Source: Takakia lepidozioides (Eukaryota > Plantae > Bryophyta). Taken from it: a DNA stretch of 64,000 bases. Positions 39,860 through 50,209 of this stretch are shown in pieces. Position 1 is the first letter of the stretch; each line of letters opens with the position of its first letter. A program made the translations under genes and the position numbers. A model generated the notes under the pieces. The model was not told where the DNA came from. It was given only the letters and a program-made list of their open reading frames with translations, and did no database searches. Where the stretch lies: assembly GCA_030704615.1 (NCBI GenBank), contig CM060734.1, positions 17,856,001 to 17,920,000 of the forward strand, in the 5' to 3' direction.

Positions 39860-40660
39860 TAGAGGAAAGGGGGATTGCAAATGCATGTTGTGTGGGCAAC
39901 CTGAAGACAATATTCGTTTTCTGATTCATTGTCCTGGGTACTCTCACCAGAGAGATGCCCTCTTCAAATCCATCAAGAGATTTGTGCCTGTACCTCTGTT
40001 TACAAACTTTGAAAATCTAGAGGCTGAGCCAAAAGCCCAGGCCCTTTTGGGGCCTACTTATTGGGCAAATGACAAGCATCAGATTGATACTTGCGTGGAG
40101 GGATTTCTAGAGGATATCTGGAAAACTTGGATCAATTGTCTGTTCCAAGGTAAGTCATACTACTGGGGTCAGCCCCTGACAAAGATAGTTTCTGTCCCTT
40201 TGTGTTCCACTCAAATTGGGCGCAGGGTCATGGCCACAAGGCTACGACACTCATGAGTACATCCTCTATCTCCACCTTATGGGGATGCTTTCGGTGCTCA
40301 AAGAGAGAATGTCACTGTGCTCTAGAATAGCTAACGTGGCTGTTGGGGCAAGTTTGGCGTACTGTCTTTGATCTGTCTACGTCATGAGGTCAAGGTCAGA
40401 TGGTGGGGTCAGTTTAATTGCATTTCTCATATAAGATGATTGACTCTATTTCTTGGAAGCAAGACCGTCCTGTTAAACTAAACTAAAGGCCAGCCCTGTT
40501 GGGGTCTAATTGCTGGACATCTCACACACAACAGATTGATGCTTGTGTGAAGGGCTTTCTAGAGGAAATCTGGAAGCCCTAACTAATTGTTTATATCAAG
40601 GTAAGTCCACCACTGGAGTGAGCCCCTCACAAAGGTAGTGTCCGTTCGTCTTTCTGCTTT
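39860..40660 (+). mobile_element. 5'-truncated LINE 3' ends (ORF2 C-terminal CCHC finger), two copies
   Basis: [20 protein letters not shown]...FLEDIW motif. A second copy lies at ~40520-40660. The same tail (gggcgcagggtc.atggccacaaggct..catgagtac) recurs at ~53400-53440. Confidence 0.7.
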
Positions 40661-40932
40661 GGCCCTCAGGGCCCTACGTGGATGTTATGAAGTTTCTTAT
40701 CTCTTTCATATTCTAGTGTAAAGATCCTTCATTCCTGGTGCTGCTACTCCCTTGGATTTGAGTAGCTGCGCACCATAGATTTGCTGCCTATTTCTCAAGA
40801 GTCTGGCACTACCACTAGTCATAAACAACAATTGATCTGATCTGATCTTATATGTATCTTATTATCTACCAAAGTAGTATTTTTTTAGTAATACTCACTT
40901 TGACAATTTATTGTATGGGTTAGGTACAAACA

Positions 40933-41155
40933 ATGGCGGACAAGCTCTCAACCTATCCCATCAATGAAATTAAGGTCGATGTGAATGTCGACGAGGGTGT
41001 CGATCATGAGGAGGCGACCTCAGACACATTGTCAACTCAGATCAAGACAACGGAAGATGAATTTTATGCGGTGTACGAGCACAATTCCCACCATATTCTC
41101 CAACTAAAAACAACCTGGAAACGGACTCCAAACCCGGGAGTTTGTTACAACAGTT
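40933..41155 (+). pseudogene. 5' half of an ORF interrupted by the Gypsy insertion
   Basis: The ORF runs into the agtt TSD. Removing the element rejoins it in frame to 59867 (...CYNS|LWNTTHNTEELH...). Confidence 0.6.
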
Positions 41156-41676
41156 TGTCGTGCACCTAAGCATCGTGCCACAACATACATCGTTGTCCAA
41201 CCACACTTCCTAGCATATAGTCCTAGAAAGTCACGTCATAATGATACGAAAATGGTGAAAAGATGAGAAACCACTCTATCACGTTATATAAGTCAAGTCA
41301 ATGGAACCTTTGTTAAAGGACTCCACCATACAGACTTCACCTATTCTCCATCTTAAGTACTAGAGCTATGGCGACGAGAGAGGCCTCGGGAGGCTCGACT
41401 AGAAGAAGACGAGCATGCTTACGTCTCACGTGGAGATAAATTCTCCATGTTTCAAGTGAGGTTCGTCACCTCACTTGGCACATGGAACCAAATGAAGTCC
41501 CAATGTCAACAAAATACAAATATAAATGTATAATGTCCTAATTAGTTAGAAATAATTATTTCTAACTAATCACAAATAAAACCATGACAGCTGTTGTGTA
41601 CCTAAGCATCGTGCCACAACATACATCGTTGTCCAACCACACTTCCTAGCATATAGTCCTAGAAAGCCACGCCACA
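41156..41676 (-). repeat. 3' LTR region: U (41676-41592) - gc - X (41589-41242) - t - U' (41240-41156)
   Basis: The 85-bp U unit is duplicated. The 348-bp X unit matches 59515-59862, roughly 90% by eye and mostly transitions. Confidence 0.9.
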
Positions 41677-41933
41677 ATCGCCCCCCTAGCTGGTGATTAG
41701 GTCCCTCTAACACCGGATAGTTTACAAGTATCTACCCCAATAAGATCATCGCTTGGTCTTCAATTGCACAAGTCCCAACACCTGAAGTCGATAAATCAAG
41801 AGGCCGGGTGCAAACGTAGCCCCATCGTTAGTCGTCTTCATACAATCCATGATCTTCAGTTGAGTATCCGTGGCATTGAAGCTCTACTAGCTAGACCATG
41901 GGTCACTTGTCCGCCTCATCATTGTCATGCCCA

Positions 41934-43500
41934 CTACCTCTGTCCAAGGCATCGTGGACACAACCATTATCCGATAGGAACCTCCTCAAGTGGCGGTATC
42001 AAGCATCCCATGTGCCACCCCCTTAAGCATTTGTCACACACCAACATGGTTGCGGCGCCACCAGCATGCCCACATAGCATGCAACGCAAACCTGCAGGTA
42101 CCACTGCAAGGTTGGGATCTATTCTCCCATCCACATATGGAAGGTGACATGACGCACAATTGCGCACATGGTCCTTCCATACCATGCCATCTCGACCCTC
42201 CAGAATCAATACTCCTGAAGGCAACACCTCCCCGACCCTTAGAATCACACGTCCTGCTATGACATCCAAGGTCGTAGGCGCTGTCTGCTGCAGATACACA
42301 TAGTCCCCAGGGTGGAAACGCCGAACACTTGGCCGATATCCCCCTCCACGTATAGTGGCGTACCTCAATGTGTCTCGGTGTTGGGCAATAGCAAGGTTCT
42401 CAAAAGCCATAGGCATGACTCTCTTGAACAACTCTGCCCGTTGGGCACATGTTTGTGTCCACACATCCGGATCATCAAGGTTGAGAACTATTGCAGCCTC
42501 CCTGCGAATAGATGCAGGCAAATCCGGCTCTAGGCCGAAGAGAAGAAAGTAAGGTGAGAAGGAGGCAAGTGAAGCTTGTTTGCTGAACCTATAGTCCATA
42601 GCTAGCCAAGGCAGTTGAAGGTTCCAATCTCCCAGGTGTCTCTTCTGCAAACCGTACTTGCGCAAACCTCTCTTGACTGTCTGAACAACTCTCTCCGCCA
42701 AGCCATCAGCCTCAGGATGATCCCGAGAAGTAGTGCGGTGATCTATCAAGGCTTGGTCACACAAAGCCTGAAACTCCCCCAATAACTCTCTCCCCTGGTC
42801 CGTGAGTACCTCGGCTGGAGCACCAAAATGGCTAAGCACTCGATCTAAGAATGCATACGCAGTCCCCTCACTTGCCTTGTCAGGCAATGCCACCAGTTCA
42901 ATCCATTTGGAGAAGTGTTCCACCATCACCAGCATATACTTGTTGTGGCGAATCGTCAATGGCAATGGGCCTGCGAAGTCAAGACTCCAACGATAGCCCA
43001 AACCCATAATGGGTAAATGATGCAATCGTGGAGTAGTGGCGTTGAAAGAAGCCCGCACTCTATCACACACCATACACCTTGCCACTAACTGTTGCACATC
43101 CATGTGCATGCCCCGCCACCAATACTGCCCTTGCAGCAAACTATGAGTGCGCCGCATCCCAAAATGTCCCAACTCCTCATGGGCATAGCGTACCAATCGC
43201 GCTCGTTGTGTTGGATGAGGCACAATCCTCAAGGCTCACTCGTCCATCCTCCCATACCCGGAGTAGATGAGTCCCTTCTCACTTGAACCTCTTGGCTCGT
43301 TGTAGGACCTGATCTCTCTCCTTAGTAGTCACACTAGCTGCTGTCTCTCCGGTATGAAGGTATGCCAACACTGCTGCATCTTCATGCACATCCTTAGCAC
43401 CAGCAAACTCCTCACTAGTCTCTGGATCATCATGCACGCTATCTACATGACCAATCGCATGGGATGGACCAGCTTGAGCTCCCATTGCTAGAATGCACAA
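41934..43500 (-). pseudogene. Gypsy integrase (HHCC + DDE) with C-terminal PHD finger
   Basis: AHEELGHFG...CMVC (HHCC), WSLDFAG, VLTDQG, DGLAERVV (D,D,E), GPY/F-like region, then CMLC...CDKC..WH..C..PPLEEVPIG*WLCPRC. A 7-bp frameshifting insertion lies at ~43230-43240. Confidence 0.92.
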
Positions 43501-43515
43501 AAAGACCGATGCATG

Positions 43516-45000
43516 TCATCCTTGCACCATCTCCTCATCCGTCTCACCATGCCACCGAGCTCCAGTATCATCGTGCTCGCTCGTGTATGGATTACGACTC
43601 AATCCATCTGCATCCCGATTGACAATACCGGCTCGATGCACCACCTGGAAGTCGTACTCTTGAAGCATAAGTGCCCACCGTACAAGCTTCCCTGTAAGCT
43701 TGTCTGACTCCATCAACCACTTCAATGGTTGGTGATCCGTGACAAGGGTGAAGAGATTGTCATAGAGGTAGCATCTGAAATGTGTCACTGCCCATACTGC
43801 AGCTAGACACTCCCCTTCATATGAACTATACTTCGCCTCGGCATCATTGTTCGAGCGGCTAGCATATGCCACTACGAACTTCCATCCCTCATCATCCACC
43901 TGTGTGAGCACTGCTCCAATCCCCAGCATACTCCAATCCGTATGTAGCTGGAAAGACCGCCCCCGAATAGGCCGCCTCAGAATAGGTACAGAAGTCAATC
44001 GAGCCTTGAGTTTCTCAAATGCTTCCTCCTGCTCCTCCTCCCATTGCCACTCCTGACCCACCTTGGTCAACTTGGTAAGAGCCTTTGCAATGCTGCTAAA
44101 TCCCTTGACAAACCGTCGATAGTAGTTTGTCAATCCCATGAAAGCACAAATTCTGCTCACATCCATGGGGCGTGGAATGCATGCAATGGCTTCCACCTTT
44201 GTCTGTTGAACACCCAATCCTCTAGGGTATATCATGTGGCCCAGATACTCAATCTGATTGTGGAAGAACTTGCACTTTCCGGGGTGCAGTTTCAACCCGT
44301 GCGCTCTCAAGCGCTCAAACACCACCTGAATGTGTCTCTCATGCTCCTCAACCGTAGCACTAAAGACAATGATGTCATCAATATAGCACCGGGCAAAGTT
44401 TAGCCCCGCGAGAATCCTATCTATGACTCTCTGAAACTCTGCAGGAGCATTCTTCAACCCAAATGGTAAGAACCGCCATTGGTACAAACAATCCTTCTCA
44501 TGTTGGTCAATCCCCTAGAATGTTGTCTTTTGCTTGTCAGCCTCTTTGATTGGCAACTGGTGGTAACCGGATCGCAAGTCCAATGTGCTAAACACCTTTG
44601 CATGCCCAATGGCATCAAAGATCTCCTCTGGAGTTGGCATGGCATATCTATCGGACTTAGTTTGACGGTTCACAGGACGATAGTCCCCACACATCCTTCT
44701 TTCTGTCCAATTGCCATAGATATCCTTCTTAGTTGGCATCACCGTTGCCGAGGCATACTCCCCGCCTGACAAGTCCACCAATCCAGCTTCGAACAACTCC
44801 ATAGTCCGTGACTGGATCAATGACCTCTCCATGTCACTATACCGGTAGGGCCTTCGAAAGATTGGCGTGTCACTTGCCAAATCAATACGAAACTCCTGAC
44901 CTTTCAAACTCCTCAAATCCTTCAAACTGAAGGCAAAGCAATTTCTATAAGCCCTTAGAATTTGCTGGATCCTCCGTCTCTCTCCTCCGGTGACTGTAGA
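43516..45000 (-). pseudogene. Gypsy reverse transcriptase and RNase H
   Basis: RMCGDYRPVN, LDLRSGYHQ, LPFGLKNAP, YIDD, LHTDWS, YEGECLA and TDHQPL motifs. One in-frame stop (44515). Confidence 0.97.
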
Positions 45001-45318
45001 TCCAACATCTGGTTCCCAATTGTCCTCAGTGACTGCAACCTTGGGTACACCAGGCTTGGAGGTAGGAGACGAATCCTTTGGTTGCTAGATAGCAACCTCT
45101 TGGGCCTTGTCCGCCCAATCTGACTGTGGCGTAGCCTCCACTTGCTCCGCCATAGCCACCTTGAGAACATCCTCCGCGCAAGAAACATCCTCAACCTCTT
45201 CAAAAACCTTGGTCACCTTGGCCTCCAACTGATCCTCAGTCCATGGCTCTCCCCACTCCTCATACTGCTGCTTGAGAGATCCAATGACTCTCTCTTTGCG
45301 CATCTCATCCCACATCTG

Positions 45319-46425
45319 TCATGGGTGTTTGCAACCCATGATCCTGTGCTCGCCCCCACTCACTGCCTCAACCGTCCCGGTTGGCAAGGAGGATGCACCA
45401 TCCAATGGGAGTACAGAAGTAGCAATCAATGCTTGCAATCTCCGTTGCTCAGCCATGCACAAGCCAATTATCCATGTCAAGCAATTTAGATCTATTGCTT
45501 GACCCAACACTTGGCGGTGTGATGCCTCTGACAGAGCTGGCATATCTGTAGTACCGGTGGCAAATCCCATTGCCCACTCTCGCTCATCCGCATTGGGCTC
45601 CATCAATTGTTGTAGCACACTGTCCCAAATCAATCCAGGACCATTGTCTCGAAAAGCATGAGACGAGGGAAAACTCATGAGCGTAGGCAAAGCCGAACGT
45701 GGCTGCCCCACTCGATTGACCCCTGCTAGAGGTGGACGGTCATCATGTCGCACCCTCTGTGGTTGTCTCCCTTGGTCCAAAATGCCCTCAACCGTGAGAT
45801 TGGGTGGCCGATGAATGGAATAATATGCTCTCTTGAGCAGCTCTGGTGGTGCAAGATTGGTCCACCACAATCGAGGTCGATGCGCGCGTGATCCCACCGC
45901 TGCCTCATCCAATAGCACCGCCGATCCAATCCAAGACCGCACCTGATGCACACTGGCCATAACCCTGGCCCGAGAATCCCCCATAAGAGGAACATTCTCC
46001 AAGATATAGCCTAGAGGTTGCACTTGCCTCGTCTGCAAGTCCCGCAACACTCGCAACATCTCCCAAAACAAATGCGTTCGTGCATCATGCAAGCCATTCC
46101 CATGACCTGCGGGAGAGTGTCCTTGGCAAGGCCATTCGGTTATCACCAAGTCAATGGAACCATGTCGCTGCAAATCATCCGCCCCCAGCAAGGTAATGTC
46201 TGCTGGCAAGGCCTTTTGATACCCTTGAACTGCTGAGAGAGGCAACAACTCAGGATACCGGTGTGTGAGCAAGGCAATGTGGCGCATAAAAATACGCCGA
46301 GCAATCTCATCCTTCTCCACATATAAATACTTGCGTACTTTAATCCCTGCTTGCAACACTCCTGCAAGCCCTCTGCTCATGCCTCCAAACATATCTAGCA
46401 AACAAATCCCTGAGTCAGGTGGTTG
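45319..46425 (-). CDS. C5 DNA cytosine methyltransferase domain (DNMT3/DRM-like) within the Gypsy polyprotein
   Basis: Motifs in canonical order: I LLDMFGGM, II YVEKD, IV DLVITEWPCQGHS, VI YILENV, VIII AHRPRLWWTN, IX ERE.AMGF..G.T, X RQVLGQ. In the same frame as protease and RT. Confidence 0.93.
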   Translation of the reverse strand, partial: QPPDSGICLLDMFGGMSRGLAGVLQAGIKVRKYLYVEKDEIARRIFMRHIALLTHRYPELLPLSAVQGYQKALPADITLLGADDLQRHGSIDLVITEWPCQGHSPAGHGNGLHDARTHLFWEMLRVLRDLQTRQVQPLGYILENVPLMGDSRARVMASVHQVRSWIGSAVLLDEAAVGSRAHRPRLWWTNLAPPELLKRAYYSIHRPPNLTVEGILDQGRQPQRVRHDDRPPLAGVNRVGQPRSALPTLMSFPSSHAFRDNGPGLIWDSVLQQLMEPNADEREWAMGFATGTTDMPALSEASHRQVLGQAIDLNCLTWIIGLCMAEQRRLQALIATSVLPLDGASSLPTGTVEAVSGGEHRIMGCKHP

Positions 46426-47736
46426 TCAGGTAATGGGCACTGTGTCCAAAAGAGCTAACTCAGGAGGTCCAGGTGATGTCACTGAACTCCCCTCATTCAC
46501 CAATGGAAAGGCCTCCCGCCATGCTTGGTGCACACACTCGTCTGCTACTCGATGCAAATTCCCAACCGTACCCCACAGTGGAATATGCACAGGCACATGA
46601 GGAAGCAAATCAGCCTTGTATGCCAATTGTTTGTCCTCATCAGGTGATGGCCTATCATCTGCATGGCTATTGCCCTCCAAAAGCTCACCACCCCAAGTCA
46701 CCACCCCTGAGAATGCAGCCAATGTGGGCATCATGTTCCTATGATCCACCGCTACATTCCCAATAAACCGCACTGGGAGCAGTACACGTCGGCCATCTCC
46801 TGCCTGCCATTCCGGCCTGTAGGATGTCGTTTCCTCCCAAAAGTCCAAAGTAAAGCCCATGGGGTATAACACGGCCCCACCAACAAGCACATCATAAGAC
46901 TTCACGTCCGTAACAATGGCTTTAGCTCTCATGACTGAGCCGTCTGTAGGATGGTCCGGCTGCAATCGAATGAAGAGCTCATGGAGTATAATCCCTCGTG
47001 TCTTCTCTGAACTGCCCAAAGATGTTTGAATTTGGAAAGGACAATGCTCCAAATCCGCCTCTGTAAGGCCTAAGCCTGCAATTGCTGCTCTTCCCAACAT
47101 CAATGGCTGTGCTCCCGAGTCCAACAAGACCCGCAGTGGCCTATACCTCTTCCCGGCTAGGCCACCCAACTGAAACACACCATCCTGATTGTTCACCAGG
47201 ACTACCCCAGGAGTCACCATACTACGCTCAATGGCTGGTCTAGCTGACAACTCCTGCAACCTTGCAGCTGCCGCTTGCCATGGTGCAGCTGTGGCTGTCT
47301 TCACCCTTGAGTCCATGACATCCATACACTGCACATTATCCGCTATCCCTGCAGATAGTACCGATGCATCACCACTCTCACAGAGTCTAGCTGCTAGTCT
47401 AAACACATCAGCTGGCCGAATCCCCGACATTGCAATGGTCATCGCAGAAAACAATGGAGCTTGGCAAACCGCCGTAGCCGCCCCCAACAATGTACTGGCT
47501 GCACCCTGCTTTGCAGCACCACCCACTGGCATTTCCCGAGCCACACCAACTCTCTCCACTGGTATTCGTGGCTCTACCTCTGACACACTTGGGTAAGCGG
47601 GTACCATCGATGGCGTAGTTGGCACTGTCTCAGCCAATGTGAAAGACTGTGGAAGCCTTGTCTGTCGACTTGCTTCCCTTTTTTGTGGATCAAAATCCAC
47701 ATCTGCTCCTCTTGGCTGAGGAGCACGCGTTGCTGC
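46426..47736 (-). pseudogene. Gypsy aspartic protease region
   Basis: VLLDSGAQ catalytic motif and YDVLVGGAVL. Same frame as Gag and DNMT. Confidence 0.88.
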
Positions 47737-49010
47737 TCAAGTGACAGCAGCTGCAGAGTCCACATGCAATAGTCCAGCAAGTGCGGCTCCACACATGAAG
47801 CCCATACCAATCTGGTCTTCCCTAGGCATAGGAGGTTGTGCAGGTGGGGCTTGAACCTCAGGCCTTGGAGCTGACGCCACATTAGTAGTGGCCATGGCAG
47901 CAAGACGTTGCTCTAGTTGGGCAAGCCTATCTACCATGCCTTGGTCATGACCTTGACCTTGACCTTGTGCTCGTTGGTTTTGGTTACGACCTCCACCGCG
48001 ACCTCTGTCTCCTCTACCTCTCTGGACTACATTGCCTCGTCCTCGGCCACCATTGTTCTCTTGGAACTGGCCTGGCCATAGCTCAGGATGCAAGTCATAA
48101 CAATGGGCCTCTTCATGCCCATACTTGCCACAATGCCCACACTGTAGTTGTGTAGGCTGTGCCTGTGCCGGCCCTTTGCCTCTCTTCGGGCAATCTCTCT
48201 TAACATGGGGTCCTCCACAATCCCAACATGTCACACCCGACTGTTGTTGGCCTGAGAATGAAGGAAGTGACCTCTGCAATTGAGATCCTCTCTGTCCTTC
48301 CCTGGGCTTCGCCTGAGCCCCCTTGTTGCCTTGAGCACGTTGGGGTAGTGGTTGTTGTTGGCTAGGAGCCCCACTTCGTTGTGTCTCCTTACCAAACCCC
48401 ACCATGACCACTCGCTCCTCCACCATATTGAGCTCTATCCACTCTGCCAACAAAAACACGTTTGTTAAGGTGGGTTGGTCTACTTGTAGGAGAGTTGCAT
48501 CCCGCACCCTTCTCCTTAGCTCCTTGTCCAATATCCCATACCAAAATTGGACTGCTTGAGCTTCCGTAACCCTTTGGGTTACATTTATCAATCGCCTCAT
48601 GTGCGTATAAGCCTCCCTCAAACTCTCAGTAGGCTTGCGCTGGAACTCTTGCAAGCTCCGCAATTTCTCCGTCCTTATCCCCTGATAGTTTCTCCTCAAC
48701 TCCTCGAAGAACTCCGCAACTGGGTTAAAGGCAGGCACGGGTGCTGGTGCTGCAGCAGGAGCTTGAGTGGATTTCCCAGCTCCATCTTTACTTGTCCCAC
48801 TACTAGTGTTTGCAGTTGGGGATGTTGGTGTAGCTGCTGGCCTTGAAGGTGCTGAAACAACCCCTTCCACGCCATAAAAGGCGTAAATAGTTGTGGATTG
48901 CGCATCTGCTGCAAATCACACCAACTATCAAACTCCTGTATGAAATCATCAAGCTCGATGGTGCCCACAGCTCCCGAGTACCAACGTGGTCCCTTGGTAG
49001 CTCCATACAT
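47737..49010 (-). pseudogene. Gypsy Gag with two CCHC zinc knuckles
   Basis: Retrotrans_gag-like helical region (LQEFQRKPTESLREAY...QFWYGILDKELRRRV) and knuckles CWDCGGPHVKRDC and CGHCGKYGHEEAHC. Frameshift/deletion near 48850. Confidence 0.88.
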
Positions 49011-49945
49011 TTCCTCAATCGTATCCCACAACAATGGAACGGAAATGGCTTGCACCCTCGGCGAGAATCCTCCTAACTCTGAGTCTGAACCTTCCAGAAG
49101 ACACTGAAGGTGAAGGTGGCCTAAACCGTATACCTCGTGTTGTATACCCACTAGTATCGCTAGTGCTCGTACCGGCACTCTCATCAGCAACTGGTGGCAC
49201 CTCCGTGATGAAAACTCACACTCAAACCGGCTATCAGCTTGTCTCTAATCCCTGGGGGGTGCACTCTTTATAAAATGTCCGTATCACGTGCGTTCGCCGC
49301 CTAAAGAAAAACCCCCTATATACGGGTCCTTGGATCATTTATACCCCCTCTGTACATACATTTTGAAGATTATAAAACCCCCTCCTGTAAATATATAGAA
49401 ATTTTTAATTTTTAAAAAGTACCGCCTTCTGTATGTATATTTTCTTTTTCAATAATTAAAAAATACCCTCAAATATGTATATGTATGTTTTTATATTATA
49501 TCAAGTTTATTCATTTAAAAATAGAATAAAATCTAATAAATTAGTTTAAAAAAATCTGTTTGCTCTCGATAAAACTTGCTGTGGAATCTCACTTTATACA
49601 ATAATCAGATGCAGAGAGGAAAGAGACATTGTCAATGCCCGATGTGCAAGAGGCCTGAAGAAAGTTTCTACTTTCTGATATACAGTCCTGGGTATTTTCA
49701 TCAGAGAGTGACCCTCTTGAAGACCATCAAGACCTAGTCACTGCACCTCTGTTCATCAACTAGGACAGTTTATGAACTTGTTCTACAGTTTCAACCTTCG
49801 CAAGGTCCAATTATGTTCAAAACCTACTGTTGAGAATTCCTCTCCAAAAAGAGATTTCGTGCGCCTTTGCTGCCACTGTTGGAGTCCAACCTGACTCGCA
49901 GCTGACAGAGTTCAATACATTCAATTAGGTGACAAGCATTTCATT

Positions 49946-50209
49946 TCACCAATACTTCCCACAAGAACAAACGCCATTTTGGAAGTGGTGAAAGCGGTTT
50001 GCATCCCGTACAGCAATCTCTTGCTTAGCTATCTTTGAGATGAATTTGGTGGCTGTGTGGCAATCACCACACATCCGAAGATTCCTGATGATCCTCAAAG
50101 ACATCCCAGAGGGTGTGTTGATAAGCCCAAAAACAATGGCGAGCTTCTCATTGTGGTGTCAAAGAGACGATTTTTTAAGCTCTTCCGCAACATCATGCAA
50201 TGCAAAGCG
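49946..50209 (-). pseudogene. DYW cytidine-deaminase domain fragment (missed by the ORF track)
   Basis: [85 protein letters not shown], containing HxE, CxxC and a terminal xYW. Confidence 0.92.

Noticed and set aside
45319-46401. Bacterial restriction-modification methylase, contamination or a host DNMT3 gene
   Set aside because: It is intronless, in frame with Gypsy protease and RT, shares their decay pattern, and has no restriction enzyme partner.
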